DNA of 64,000 bases from Minisyncoccota bacterium (GTDB lineage Bacteria; Patescibacteriota; Minisyncoccia; Phycocordibacterales; JAQTLZ01). The notes under the pieces were generated by a model. The model was not told the DNA's origin. It saw only the letters and a program-made list of their open reading frames with translations, and did no database searches. The number at the start of each line of letters is the position of its first letter. The first letter of the stretch is position 1. Positions 51,839 through 62,206 of the stretch are shown piece by piece. Location: assembly GCA_028711065.1 (NCBI GenBank), contig JAQTSY010000001.1:22610-86609 (forward strand), written 5' to 3'. The translations under genes were made by a program, and so were the position numbers.

Positions 51839-53254
51839 ATGGAAAACATCTCTCCGACCACAATCGTCATCTTCGGTGTTACCGGAGATCTTTCTCAAAG
51901 AAAGCTTTTTCCGTCCCTCTACGAGCTTCACACCAAAGGATTTCTGCCATCCAAATATCAGATCGTGGGTTTCTCGCGTCGCTCCCTTTCTACAGAGGAA
52001 TTCAGGAATTTTATAAAAGAGACGCTCATTGCCAAAAAGATGCCCGCGACCGAAAGCGATCTCTCTGATTTTCTCAATCACTTAAGCTACCGAGAGGGTT
52101 CATTTGATAATGCCGATTCATACAAAAATTTGTCTGAGACGCTCGTAAAAATTGATGAGGGACTCGGGCAATGCTCGAATAAACTTTTCTACCTAGCCGT
52201 TCCGCCAGATCTCTATGAAGGAATTCTTGGACACCTCTCATATTCAGGCCTTACTATTCCATGCGGAGGGGATATGGGTTGGACCCGTGTTCTTATCGAA
52301 AAGCCGTTTGGAAGGGATGTAGAAACCGCACACAAGCTCGACCATCACCTTTCTGATCTCTTTGAGGAAGAGCAAATTTTCCGTATTGACCACTATTTGG
52401 CGAAAGAAACGCTTCAAAATATCCTCACATTCCGCTTTTCCAACGCTCTTTTCGAACATCTGTGGAGCGGAGAACATATAGAATCGGTTTCTGTAAAACT
52501 TTTTGAAACTCTTGATATTTTGGGACGCGGAACTTTCTATGATTCAACCGGCGCTCTTCGAGACGTCGGGCAAAATCACATCCTTCAAATGCTCGCCCTC
52601 GTCGCTATGGAAAGGCCCAAAAATCTCACGCCTGAAAGCGTCCGGAGGGAGCGAGCTCGAGTATTCGAGAAATTAGTGCCAATGAACGCAAAACACATAG
52701 AAGATCATGCCACCCGGGCTCAATATGAAGGATACCGCAATGAACCAAACGTAAATCCGGAATCACAGACTGAAACATACTTCAAGCTCAAAGCATTTAT
52801 CAATAACGAAAGATGGAGAGACGTACCTTTTTTCCTGGAAAGCGGAAAAGCGCTTCATGAAATGCGCACCGAAATTGTGGTCACATTCAAACCCTGCACG
52901 ACTTGTCTTTGCCCAAATGGCGACGGGCATGAACACCGCAACAAGATCACATTCACAATTCAGCCAAATGAGGGAATCTCTATTGAATATTTCATGAAAA
53001 AACCCGGATTTGATTCCGCTGTAGAACCAAAAGATCTGTCTTATATTTACAGGGAAAGTGCCGAAGAGAAAGCACTCCCAGATGCGTACGAAAAAGTGCT
53101 TTACGATTGCATCCGCGGAGACCAGACGCTTTTCCCCTCTACGAACGAAGTAGACCTTACTTGGAAATACGTGAGTCCCGTCATCAAGCATTGGGAATCT
53201 CTCCCGCTTCTCTCGTATAAGAAAGGTTCAAGCGGTCCAGAAACATCTTTTTAA
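51839..53254 (+). CDS. zwf: Glucose-6-phosphate 1-dehydrogenase
   Basis: GVTGDL, EKPFG, RIDHYLAKE, QNH. Confidence 0.95.
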   Translation: MENISPTTIVIFGVTGDLSQRKLFPSLYELHTKGFLPSKYQIVGFSRRSLSTEEFRNFIKETLIAKKMPATESDLSDFLNHLSYREGSFDNADSYKNLSETLVKIDEGLGQCSNKLFYLAVPPDLYEGILGHLSYSGLTIPCGGDMGWTRVLIEKPFGRDVETAHKLDHHLSDLFEEEQIFRIDHYLAKETLQNILTFRFSNALFEHLWSGEHIESVSVKLFETLDILGRGTFYDSTGALRDVGQNHILQMLALVAMERPKNLTPESVRRERARVFEKLVPMNAKHIEDHATRAQYEGYRNEPNVNPESQTETYFKLKAFINNERWRDVPFFLESGKALHEMRTEIVVTFKPCTTCLCPNGDGHEHRNKITFTIQPNEGISIEYFMKKPGFDSAVEPKDLSYIYRESAEEKALPDAYEKVLYDCIRGDQTLFPSTNEVDLTWKYVSPVIKHWESLPLLSYKKGSSGPETSF

Positions 53255-53262
53255 CGAACGGG

Positions 53263-53970
53263 ATGGAAATCATCTTTAAAAAAGACGAAAACATCCTGCA
53301 GGAAGAAGCCGGCGAGAAACTCTCAAATCTTCTCTCGGTGAAAACACCAACACTTCTTCTCCTTGCGGGAGGTTCCGCTTTCTCTCTTTTAGACTCCGTG
53401 GAGACAAAAGTTTTCTCATCAAATCTCACTATCGGGATGGGGGATGAAAGATATGATACAGAGGAAATGGCGAATAATTTTGCACAGCTCATGAAAACTG
53501 AATTTTATGTTGAAGCTATGGCAAAGGGTGCGCAATTTTTTGACTCACGAGTTGAAACAGACGAAACTTTCGAACAATTCGGCGAGAGATTCAAAAAAAA
53601 TATTACAGACTGGATTATCAAAAACCCAAATGGAAGCATTGTGGCAACTTTTGGGATAGGGGAAGACGGCCATACTGCTGGTATTTTGCCTTTCCCTGAA
53701 AATCCAGCTTTATTTGAGGAAATTTTCGAGAAAAATGACACTGCTGTTGCCTACGACGCAAAAGGGAAGAATGTGTATCCGCATCGTGTCACGATAACCC
53801 TTCCCTTTATTCGAACCAAAATACACGCAGCTATCGTATATAGTATAGGTGAGAAAAAAAGAAATGCATTATCCAAAGCACTTGGTCCTTCTGGGTATGT
53901 TTCAGAAACTCCCGCGAGGGTCCTGAAGGAAATCCGTAATACATCGCTTTTCACAAACCTAGAGTTCTAA
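53263..53970 (+). CDS. pgl: 6-phosphogluconolactonase
   Basis: AGGS, DER, GIGEDGHTAG; follows zwf. Confidence 0.82.
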   Translation: MEIIFKKDENILQEEAGEKLSNLLSVKTPTLLLLAGGSAFSLLDSVETKVFSSNLTIGMGDERYDTEEMANNFAQLMKTEFYVEAMAKGAQFFDSRVETDETFEQFGERFKKNITDWIIKNPNGSIVATFGIGEDGHTAGILPFPENPALFEEIFEKNDTAVAYDAKGKNVYPHRVTITLPFIRTKIHAAIVYSIGEKKRNALSKALGPSGYVSETPARVLKEIRNTSLFTNLEF

Positions 53971-53998
53971 CCTGTGGTACAATACTTGCCATATTATT

Positions 53999-54586
53999 AT
54001 GTCGAAAATTTTTATTTTAGTCGGGCATCCTGACAGCGACAGCGAGTGTGCTCGTCTCGCTACCGCCTATGAACTCGGTGCTCGCGCTGCCGGGCATGAA
54101 GTACGGCTTACAAAACTTGGAAGTCTTTCGTTTGATCCCATTTTGCACAATGGATACAAAGAAATACAGGCCCTAGAACCCGATCTTTTAAAAGCGCAGG
54201 AGGACATCAAATGGTGCGAGCATTTTGTCGTTCTCTACCCTGTATGGTGGGCCGCTATGCCAGCGCTCCTCAAAGGTTTCTTTGATCGCGTGTGGCTTCC
54301 TGGCTTTGCATATCGATTCAAAAAAGAAGGATTCCTGAAGGGGGTAATATGGAACGGCGCGCTCAAAGGAAGAAGCGCCCGGGTCATTGTAACGATGGAC
54401 AATATTCCATTCGTCGCCAGACTTCTCTTCGGAGATATCACCAATGAAATTCATTTTGGAATTCTCAAATTCGCCGGCTTCTCGCCTGTGAGAGTTACGA
54501 AGATCGGCCTTATGAAATTTAAAACTGCAGAAGGAAAAACAAAGCACGCACAAATGCTCGAGCGGTGGGGAAGAGCGGGAAAATAA
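53999..54586 (+). CDS. NAD(P)H-dependent oxidoreductase (flavodoxin-2)
   Basis: GHP, YPVWW..MPALLKGFFDRV. Confidence 0.88.
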   Translation: MSKIFILVGHPDSDSECARLATAYELGARAAGHEVRLTKLGSLSFDPILHNGYKEIQALEPDLLKAQEDIKWCEHFVVLYPVWWAAMPALLKGFFDRVWLPGFAYRFKKEGFLKGVIWNGALKGRSARVIVTMDNIPFVARLLFGDITNEIHFGILKFAGFSPVRVTKIGLMKFKTAEGKTKHAQMLERWGRAGK

Positions 54587-54588
54587 AA

Positions 54589-54609
54589 GTCGGGCATGTA
54601 TTGCCCGAC
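54589..54609. terminator. Hairpin between convergent genes
   Basis: GTCGGGCA-tgtat-TGCCCGAC. Confidence 0.5.
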
Positions 54610-54624
54610 CCTAAACCCTCTACC

Positions 54625-54942
54625 TTAAGCAGCCACCGTCTCTGCGATCTCCAAAAACTGATCGCCCGAGAGCGTCTCCGGCAGTTTTACGCCGTGCCGC
54701 CGGCAGAATGTCCGAAATTCACGAAGCTTTCGATCAAGGCATGAACCTCCCCGAGCGACTTTCGGAATTGTTGCTTGCGCTGCCAACTTCATGCGGATCG
54801 AACACTGAACAATCGGCCACCACTTCACCCAAAAATTGTGGTGAGTCGAGCAAAAAGCATCAACTTCACGAATTGTCCCAAACTCTCTCTGCTTGCGCAC
54901 AGGTTTTTTCGCCCGCCCAGTGCACCTCTTTTCCTTACTCAT
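54625..54942 (-). CDS. Basic hypothetical protein
   Basis: GC-rich ORF with G-rich SD-like sequence upstream. Confidence 0.5.
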   Translation of the reverse strand: MSKEKRCTGRAKKPVRKQREFGTIREVDAFCSTHHNFWVKWWPIVQCSIRMKLAAQATIPKVARGGSCLDRKLREFRTFCRRHGVKLPETLSGDQFLEIAETVAA

Positions 54943-55075
54943 GACAAAGCCCCCCGGTATTTCGACAAAACAAATCTGTCACCATTTCCGCTCATAAAAA
55001 TAACACGAATGAAATACTTTATCTACCCAAAAGATATGTTTGTATGATAAAGTAAAGATTCCCACAAAGAAAACT

Positions 55076-55297
55076 ATGCTCAAAGAATTTTTCCTAAAAA
55101 AGATGCTTCAAAGCAAGATGAAAGATGTGCCAGCCGCCGAACAAGAGAAAATTTTAATGTTAGTAGAGAAAAATCCAGAACTCTTCCAGAAAATTACGCT
55201 TGAAGTGCAAGAAAAAATAAAAGAAGGAAAAGACCAGATGTCCGCGACGATGGAAGTCGTGGGGCGCTACCAAGAAGAATTGAAGGGGTTGATGTAA
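55076..55297 (+). CDS. Small helical hypothetical protein
   Basis: MLKEFF...EKNPELFQKI...GKDQM; ATG 55076. Confidence 0.7.
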   Translation: MLKEFFLKKMLQSKMKDVPAAEQEKILMLVEKNPELFQKITLEVQEKIKEGKDQMSATMEVVGRYQEELKGLM

Positions 55298-55316
55298 GAG
55301 GCGTCTTCATCCTTCC

Positions 55317-55425
55317 TTGACTTAAACAATAAATAGTGCTATAACATCTCGAGAATTCTTTGAGATGTTATATCGCCGCAACTAAAAAAAGCCGATATAT
55401 TTCAGCTTTTTTTAGTTGCGGCGAT
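55317..55425 (+). promoter_or_regulatory. sigma70 promoter overlapped by an IR, followed by a perfect 21-bp hairpin
   Basis: TTGACT-17-TATAAC; IR TATAACATCTC/GAGATGTTATA; ATCGCCGCAACTAAAAAAAGC/GCTTTTTTTAGTTGCGGCGAT. Confidence 0.65.
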
Positions 55426-55494
55426 GCGTGTCGTTGCAACCAGTCAAGTGGCTTAAGACTCCTAGAAAGAGTCGATACGAAAGGGACCAAAAGA

Positions 55495-56232
55495 ATGCCG
55501 ACCACAACGATAACCTTCACGCCCACGCCTGAACAGGCGGCGTTGATTGATGCGCTCGCAAAAGAAGCGCGGGGAGAGATTGTAGACTCCTTCGCAAAAC
55601 TAGTGCGACACGGAAAGGCCGGCCCGGCTGAAGTCGAGGCTGGAATGAGGCACTTGCGCCAATTCAGGCGGAAGCTTGATCTTTATGGACTGCTTTCGGC
55701 CGAGATGGAAGTGGTCGCGCCGTGTCTGGAAAAACTGCCTGAAAGGGAACCAAAACTGATCCCCGCGTTCGAAGAGAGCAGTCAAAACACTACGGGGGAA
55801 GTGAAGTTCAAAATGCATATCAGCAGGCGATTGCGCGAGCTGGGCTTCCAGGATCCCCGCGGACCGGCCACAGCGGAGTGTGGGGTCGATTATTTCCGGT
55901 TAGCCATGGACACAGACCTCGATCACATCTTCAGAAGTACGGAGATCGAGCCTGAGGATTTGGCGCTCACGGCGCGTCAAATCCAAGCATGGATCGGGCA
56001 GCGGCAGAGCGTCCTGGATTTCGAAGGGAACTCAAACTTCAGTTTGTTGTGGAAGACGCCGATCGGAAAACTGGCCGTCGTGGAGTTGTCGGGAACGAAG
56101 GAGGAATTCCCTCCGGCAGACCCGCTCCTGACGTTGTCCGCCGAATTGGTGGACTTTCATTCGCCGGAAATCATACCCGCGAATGACCCGAAGATGTGGT
56201 TCATCTTCAAAAAAGCGCAACCGAAGAAGTAG
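55495..56232 (+). CDS. Hypothetical protein (GC-rich orphan)
   Basis: Long ORF, start ATG 55495, followed by a terminator. Confidence 0.65.
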   Translation: MPTTTITFTPTPEQAALIDALAKEARGEIVDSFAKLVRHGKAGPAEVEAGMRHLRQFRRKLDLYGLLSAEMEVVAPCLEKLPEREPKLIPAFEESSQNTTGEVKFKMHISRRLRELGFQDPRGPATAECGVDYFRLAMDTDLDHIFRSTEIEPEDLALTARQIQAWIGQRQSVLDFEGNSNFSLLWKTPIGKLAVVELSGTKEEFPPADPLLTLSAELVDFHSPEIIPANDPKMWFIFKKAQPKK

Positions 56233-56258
56233 CACAACTCGAAAAATGATTTAATACA

Positions 56259-56300
56259 GGGCCTTAGGAGAAAAGACTTTTCCTAAGGTCTTTTTTCTTT
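56259..56300 (+). terminator. Intrinsic terminator
   Basis: CCTTAGGA/TCCTAAGG stem then T-run. Confidence 0.7.
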
Positions 56301-56409
56301 TATCCCCCACCGATACTCTATACCCCCAGAACATTCTCTTGATACAATATATGTCAGTGTAGTAGACGTACTTGGGGGGATGTTCAATTTGCATGGGGGG
56401 AGGTAGCTC

Positions 56410-56784
56410 ATGACTTCAGCGATAGAGAGGGCAGAAAAAGCTCTCCGAAGAACCATTCAAAAGTCCTTGGCGGCGGAGCGGATTAGAATTCACGATCGCC
56501 TCCACGAGTGCATTGAAAGTGGGGCCAAAACAGAACGGGGAGCAAGGGCTCTGCGATTGATTTGCGATCGTCATCCCGATCTCGGAGACCGGCTTCTGGT
56601 GGACAGAAATTTGAGCCACGAAGAAATTCTGAAAATCGCGGGAGACATTGGGATGCCTCTCGAGCAACTCGTACCGGAGACAATTTCCGATACGGACTCC
56701 ATTGCCGAGCGAGGTGAAATTCTCGAGGCAGCATGCCCCGTCCGTAAACGAAAGTCGAACAGCACAAATGGCGCGCACCACTAG
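56410..56784 (+). CDS. Hypothetical protein
   Basis: GGAGGT SD upstream of the ATG. Confidence 0.55.
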   Translation: MTSAIERAEKALRRTIQKSLAAERIRIHDRLHECIESGAKTERGARALRLICDRHPDLGDRLLVDRNLSHEEILKIAGDIGMPLEQLVPETISDTDSIAERGEILEAACPVRKRKSNSTNGAHH

Positions 56785-56824
56785 CGCCATTTTTACTTGC
56801 CATTTTTTGTGTTAAAGTATCGCG

Positions 56825-57823
56825 ATGTCACTAAGTATAGGTATTGTGGGTCTGCCAAACGTCGGCAAATCGACGCTTTTTAATGCGCTCACAAAAAAGA
56901 GCGTTCCTGCAGAAAATTATCCTTTCTGCACCATTGACCCGTCTGTCGGAGTCGTCGCTGTGCCAGACGATCGACTCCAAAAACTTTCTGATTTTTCTAA
57001 ATCTAAGAAAACAATTCCTGCCGCAGTTGAATTTGTAGATATCGCCGGACTTGTGAAAGGCGCGGCAGAAGGGCAGGGGCTTGGCAATAAATTTCTTGCA
57101 AACATTCGCGAAACTGATGCGATTCTCGAGGTCGTGCGTATTTTTAAAGATGCAGACATTATTCACGTTGCAGGAAAAGTTGAGCCTCTTTCAGATATTG
57201 ATGTTATCAATCTTGAACTCGTCCTAGCTGATTTAGAGACTGTCACTAAGCGAATGGCAAATATAAAAAGCGACCTTAAGCGGGGCGACAAAAAGGCCGT
57301 TGCGGAAAATGCACTCCTTGAAAAAATTCGTCCAATTCTCGAAGCGGGAAAGCTCGCTCAAACTGCCGAGATGAATGTCGAGGAAAAAGAAATTATAAAA
57401 TCGCTCCACCTCCTGACGATGAAGCCTATTCTCTACGCACTCAATATTTCTGCAGCAGCCGAAAATGCAGACGACGTGAAAGCGAAAATCCCCGGCCCAT
57501 TTATCGAAATTGATCCAGTATTCGGCACTGGACTTGATACACTGATTGCCAAAAGCTATGAAATCCTCGGCCTCATCACCTATTTCACGACAGGAGAAGA
57601 CGAAACGCGAGCATGGACAATTCAAAAAGGCTGGACGGCTCCGCTTGCCGGAACAGCGATCCACACCGATTTTAAAGACAAATTTGTGAGGGCAGAAATC
57701 ATCGAATCAAATAAACTTTTAGAAGCCGGCTCATACGCCATAGCACGTGAAAAAGGCCTTGTCCGGACGGAAGGGAAAGAATACGTCGTCAAGGATGGTG
57801 ATGTAATCGAATTCAAAATATAA
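56825..57823 (+). CDS. ychF: Ribosome-binding ATPase YchF
   Basis: GLPNVGKST, NYPFCTI, DIAGLVKGA, IHTDF, TGS domain. Confidence 0.96.
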   Translation: MSLSIGIVGLPNVGKSTLFNALTKKSVPAENYPFCTIDPSVGVVAVPDDRLQKLSDFSKSKKTIPAAVEFVDIAGLVKGAAEGQGLGNKFLANIRETDAILEVVRIFKDADIIHVAGKVEPLSDIDVINLELVLADLETVTKRMANIKSDLKRGDKKAVAENALLEKIRPILEAGKLAQTAEMNVEEKEIIKSLHLLTMKPILYALNISAAAENADDVKAKIPGPFIEIDPVFGTGLDTLIAKSYEILGLITYFTTGEDETRAWTIQKGWTAPLAGTAIHTDFKDKFVRAEIIESNKLLEAGSYAIAREKGLVRTEGKEYVVKDGDVIEFKI

Positions 57824-57869
57824 AAAAACTCTTGCGGCCCGAACGGGTCCAAGAGTTACTACGAAACTT

Positions 57870-58358
57870 TCACACGATTGCTTGCCAGCGAACTTTTTTA
57901 TCTCCCCAGTACCAGACGATGCTACAAAGTCTGGTGGGGATAAAAATGCCGAGAGCAAAACATGCCATCACGCCCAGAATCGAAGTTGGGAATCCCGGCA
58001 AAGTTGAAAATGCAGAGGTTCCAACAAGGAGAAGTGAAGCTGCCACAATCAATCGGGAGTTACTCCTTATTCTCGATAGCTCCTCGACGTAGTGCGCGGC
58101 AGCCTCTTCCATGTCATCTTCATCAGGGTCATTAAAGACATTGTCACAGAGAAGACACAGGAAGAAGACGAGCGCGGTGGCGGCTGTCTCAATTCCCGCA
58201 ACCAGCACAGACACATCCCATGCATACACACCCAGGACAAAGATCAAAACGCAGGCGACAATGGCTGCGCCGGAAGAAATCCCCCTGAAAAGACCTATGA
58301 GCCGCTCCATGCGTGTGGGGAAATCTTGACTCGTACTGCTGACAGATTGACTGCTCAT
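57870..58358 (-). CDS. Multi-TM hypothetical membrane protein
   Basis: About four hydrophobic segments; GGGAGGG SD before 58358; start uncertain. Confidence 0.5.
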   Translation of the reverse strand: MSSQSVSSTSQDFPTRMERLIGLFRGISSGAAIVACVLIFVLGVYAWDVSVLVAGIETAATALVFFLCLLCDNVFNDPDEDDMEEAAAHYVEELSRIRSNSRLIVAASLLLVGTSAFSTLPGFPTSILGVMACFALGIFIPTRLCSIVWYWGDKKVRWQAIV

Positions 58359-58491
58359 GACCGTGGCCCTCCCAGGCTCGATTCCAATGCTTAACAGCGC
58401 CAAACAACCTCCATCCAGATTATACCCGCGCACACTTTTGTCAAAGTAGAAAAGGGGATATAATTTCATATTATCCTCACTTATAAACCCC

Positions 58492-59031
58492 ATGGAACCA
58501 CAAAAACAATCTAAAATATTAAAAGCTTCGCTTATTGCCGCTATTGTTATCGTTATAAATCTTTTCTTTAATTACACCCTTTCGCTTGTTTACAAAGAGC
58601 CGGCATATGACGCGTTCTGTCCAAACACCGCGCAAGTTATAAGCGCGCCTACCAAAGAACAGTGTGTTGCAAATGGGGGCCAGTGGAATGAAAATAATTA
58701 TGGCGGTCCAGTCCCTGTCGGGGAAAAAGCTCCGCAAGGATACTGCGACCAGCAATTTATGTGCAGACAGGCATTTGATACGGCGCAGAAAAATTACGAC
58801 CGAAATGTCTTCATCACTCTTGTCCTTCTCGGAGCCATCATCGTCGCCATCGGAAATTTCCTGAAAGGGAACGGCCTCATCAGTTCCGCGCTCTCACTCG
58901 CCGGAGTGCTCTCATTCATCATCGCATCGGTTCGTTACTGGTCTGCGGCAGATAATCTCATCAAAGTAATCATTCTTGGCATCGCACTTCTCATTCTGCT
59001 GTGGGTAGCCTACAAAAAGTTTAAGAACTAG
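58492..59031 (+). CDS. Membrane protein with a Cys-containing extracytoplasmic loop
   Basis: TM, loop with four Cys (CVANGGQW), then further TMs. Confidence 0.7.
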   Translation: MEPQKQSKILKASLIAAIVIVINLFFNYTLSLVYKEPAYDAFCPNTAQVISAPTKEQCVANGGQWNENNYGGPVPVGEKAPQGYCDQQFMCRQAFDTAQKNYDRNVFITLVLLGAIIVAIGNFLKGNGLISSALSLAGVLSFIIASVRYWSAADNLIKVIILGIALLILLWVAYKKFKN

Positions 59032-59082
59032 TGTAGAACTTTTCTATTTGGAGAACTTCATTTTTTCTTGTATAGTTTTTGG

Positions 59083-62000
59083 ATGCAAAAGTATGATCAT
59101 CTAAAGATCGAAAGGAAGTGGCAAGCCATTTGGGAAAAGAAAAAACCAAATAAAGCTCTCGACAACTCTTCTAAACCAAAATTCTACGGTCTTATTGAAT
59201 TCCCATATCCATCAGGCGACGGACTTCACGTTGGCCACATCCGCTCTAATACGGCGATGGATATTATCGCCCGGAAACGCCGAGCAGAGGGCTACAACGT
59301 TCTATATCCAATCGGTTGGGATGCATTCGGACTTCCAACAGAGAATTACGCGGTAAAAACAGGAATTCATCCGAAAATCGTTACGAAGCAAAACACCGAC
59401 ACATTCAGGCGCCAGCTCAAAGCGCTCGGCTTTTCTTTTGACTGGACTCGGGAAATAAACACAACGGATCCCGCATACTACCGATGGACGCAGTGGATAT
59501 TTTTACAATTTTTCAAAAAAGGTCTCGCATACAAAAAGAAGATGGAAATAAACTGGTGTCCATCATGTAAGATCGGTTTAGCAAATGAAGAGGTCGTTGA
59601 TGGCAAATGCGAACGCTGTGGAGGACAGACAGAGAAACGAGAAAAAGAACAATGGATGCTTGCGATCACCAAATACGCAGAACGACTAGACAAAGACCTC
59701 GACACAGTTAATTTTCTCGAAAAAATAAAAATTCAGCAGAGAAACTGGATAGGGCGTTCCGAAGGAGCAGAAATAGAATTTCCGCTTGTTACGAATGGCG
59801 AAAAAAAGAGAACTCCAATAAAAATTCTCATCGGAACCCGAAACCCTGCAAAAATAGAAATGATCAAGAAAGGTTTCCCTGCAAATTCCGGAATCACTTT
59901 TCTTTCGCTGAATGACCTGCCGCCGATAGATGATTCTGATCTTGTAGAAGGAAATGATTTTCGCGAAAATGCGCGGATGAAATCTGAATACTATTTCAAA
60001 AAAACCGGCATCCCAACGCTCTCAACGGACCATATCGTTCACCTCGAAAATTGGCCAAAAGACAATGGTTTTATCGTGCACATTCGCAAACTGGCGAATC
60101 CCAAATCGCCTCGAGCGACCGACGAAGAGCTCGCGGAGTGGGTAAGTAAATACGTAAAAAAATCCGGCGAAACGAAGACGACCTATCACTTTGCAATTTC
60201 CGTAACTGATTCAAACGGAACAACAGATTTCGTCGGCGTTCAGAAGCCCTATATGCTCCAAGGAATCCGTTCAAAAGCGCCCAACAACGAAGGATATGTT
60301 TTTGATTCCTTCATGAAAGATAGCGATACGGGTGAGTTTCGAATTGAACAGCCCAATCAAATAGCCTTCGAAAAATTTGAAAAAACGATCCGAGAGGAAA
60401 TATGCCCACACATAACGGGAAAGAGGAATATAAAAGTATTTACTACCCGAGCTGACACCATCTTCAGCGCAGCTTTTCTTATTTTGGCTCCTGAACATGT
60501 ATTAATCCGAACTCTAAAAGAAAAAATTACAAACTTTGCAGAGGTTGCACAATATATTACCCTCGCAAAGAAAAAACCCGAGGTAGAGCGGACAGCGGAA
60601 GGAAAAGATAAAACTGGAGTTGAGCTCAAGGGAATTAAAGCGATAAATCCTGCAGATGGAAAAGAAATTTCTGTGTGGATCTCTGATTTCGTTCTAGCAC
60701 AATACGGCACCGGAGCTGTTTTTGCGGATGCACACGACCAGCGTGATTTTGATTTTGCAAAAAAGTATAATATCCCCCTTACTGCGTCTGTTTTACCAAA
60801 GGATGCGAGCAAGCAGGAAGCTGTAAAAAAACTGGAAGAATGTTTCGAGGGGGAGGGGATTCTTTTCAACTCAAAACAATTTGATGGATTCTCTTCAGCT
60901 GAAGCTCGACCTAAAATCATTGCATGGCTTCAAGAAAAAGGATTTGCTTCGCCTAAAACAACTTTCAAACTCCGCGATTGGGTATTTTCCCGTCAGAGAT
61001 ATTGGGGCGAACCCATTCCACTTATCCACTGTGACAAATGCGCGAAATGGATTCCTGTTCCCGAAAAAGATTTGCCAGTCAAACTTCCTGAAGTAAAAAA
61101 TTATAAGCCCACAGATACAGGAGAATCGCCTTTGGCAGGAATCACAAAATGGGTAAACGTAAAATGTCCCGTCTGTAAGGGACCCGCAAAACGAGAAACT
61201 GACACTATGCCAAACTGGGCCGGTTCATCTTGGTATTATCTGCGATACATTGACCCAAAGAATAAAAAAGTTTTCGCAGACAGAAAAAAGCTTGATTATT
61301 GGACTCCTGTTGATTGGTACAACGGAGGAATGGAGCACACAACCCTTCACCTTTTGTATTCTCGCTTTTGGCATAAATTTTTATTCGATCTCGGCCTTGT
61401 TCCAACAAGCGAACCGTATCAAAAACGCACTTCGCACGGACTTATTCTCGCAGAAGATGGCGGAAAGATGTCCAAATCTCGTCCGGAATCGATCATTAAT
61501 CCCGACAACATCATAAAAAATTATGGTGCGGATACTTTGCGCATCTACGAAATGTTTATGGGTCCATTTGATCAGCCAGTCGTGTGGTCAAGCGAATCAA
61601 TGATCGGCTCGCGAAGATTTCTTGAGAAAATCTGGCGGCTTCAAGAAAAAGTTGCTCCAGATTCCAAGCTGACAGCTGACAGCTCTAACCTGAAAGCTGC
61701 CCTAAATCAGACAATCAAAAAAGTTACCGACGATATTGAAGGCATGAAGTTCAACACGGCGATCAGTTCTATGATGGTACTCCTGAACCGGCTCGAAACT
61801 GAAGAAAAAATCGGAAAAGATGTGTTTGAAACACTCCTCATCCTCGTCGCCCCTTTCGCGCCCCATATCGCAGAAGAATTATGGGCCTTGATCGGCAATA
61901 AAAATGCGATAAGCGATGCGCCATGGCCAAAATACGACAACACGCTTCTTGGAGCATCTTCATTTACCATCGTAGTGCAAGTAAATGGAAAAGTGCGCGG

Positions 62001-62145
62001 AGAATTTAAAGTCGAAAGCGAGATAGGGGAGGAGGAGACGAAGAAAAAGGCTCTTTCACTTCCAGAAACAATGAAGTGGATGGATGGAAAGACCGCGAAA
62101 AAAATTATCTACGTAAAAAATAAATTGGTGAGTATTGTCATCTAA
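59083..62145 (+). CDS. leuS: Leucine--tRNA ligase with an inserted Ham1-like domain
   Basis: FPYPSG, HVGH, GWDAFGLP, QRNWIGRS, KMSKS; start ATG 59083. Confidence 0.95.
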   Translation: MQKYDHLKIERKWQAIWEKKKPNKALDNSSKPKFYGLIEFPYPSGDGLHVGHIRSNTAMDIIARKRRAEGYNVLYPIGWDAFGLPTENYAVKTGIHPKIVTKQNTDTFRRQLKALGFSFDWTREINTTDPAYYRWTQWIFLQFFKKGLAYKKKMEINWCPSCKIGLANEEVVDGKCERCGGQTEKREKEQWMLAITKYAERLDKDLDTVNFLEKIKIQQRNWIGRSEGAEIEFPLVTNGEKKRTPIKILIGTRNPAKIEMIKKGFPANSGITFLSLNDLPPIDDSDLVEGNDFRENARMKSEYYFKKTGIPTLSTDHIVHLENWPKDNGFIVHIRKLANPKSPRATDEELAEWVSKYVKKSGETKTTYHFAISVTDSNGTTDFVGVQKPYMLQGIRSKAPNNEGYVFDSFMKDSDTGEFRIEQPNQIAFEKFEKTIREEICPHITGKRNIKVFTTRADTIFSAAFLILAPEHVLIRTLKEKITNFAEVAQYITLAKKKPEVERTAEGKDKTGVELKGIKAINPADGKEISVWISDFVLAQYGTGAVFADAHDQRDFDFAKKYNIPLTASVLPKDASKQEAVKKLEECFEGEGILFNSKQFDGFSSAEARPKIIAWLQEKGFASPKTTFKLRDWVFSRQRYWGEPIPLIHCDKCAKWIPVPEKDLPVKLPEVKNYKPTDTGESPLAGITKWVNVKCPVCKGPAKRETDTMPNWAGSSWYYLRYIDPKNKKVFADRKKLDYWTPVDWYNGGMEHTTLHLLYSRFWHKFLFDLGLVPTSEPYQKRTSHGLILAEDGGKMSKSRPESIINPDNIIKNYGADTLRIYEMFMGPFDQPVVWSSESMIGSRRFLEKIWRLQEKVAPDSKLTADSSNLKAALNQTIKKVTDDIEGMKFNTAISSMMVLLNRLETEEKIGKDVFETLLILVAPFAPHIAEELWALIGNKNAISDAPWPKYDNTLLGASSFTIVVQVNGKVRGEFKVESEIGEEETKKKALSLPETMKWMDGKTAKKIIYVKNKLVSIVI

Positions 62146-62177
62146 AAAGCTTAATTTCGGGGTTTTTTAGGGGGTAT

Positions 62178-62206
62178 TTGACATTAAATCAGGAGTATAG
62201 TATTGT
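62178..62206 (+). promoter_or_regulatory. sigma70 promoter
   Basis: TTGACA-17-TATTGT; a second TTGACT at 62253. Confidence 0.5.

Noticed and set aside
59806-60420. Intein in LeuRS
   Set aside because: No C/S start, HN end or LAGLIDADG motifs; the motifs are Ham1-like.
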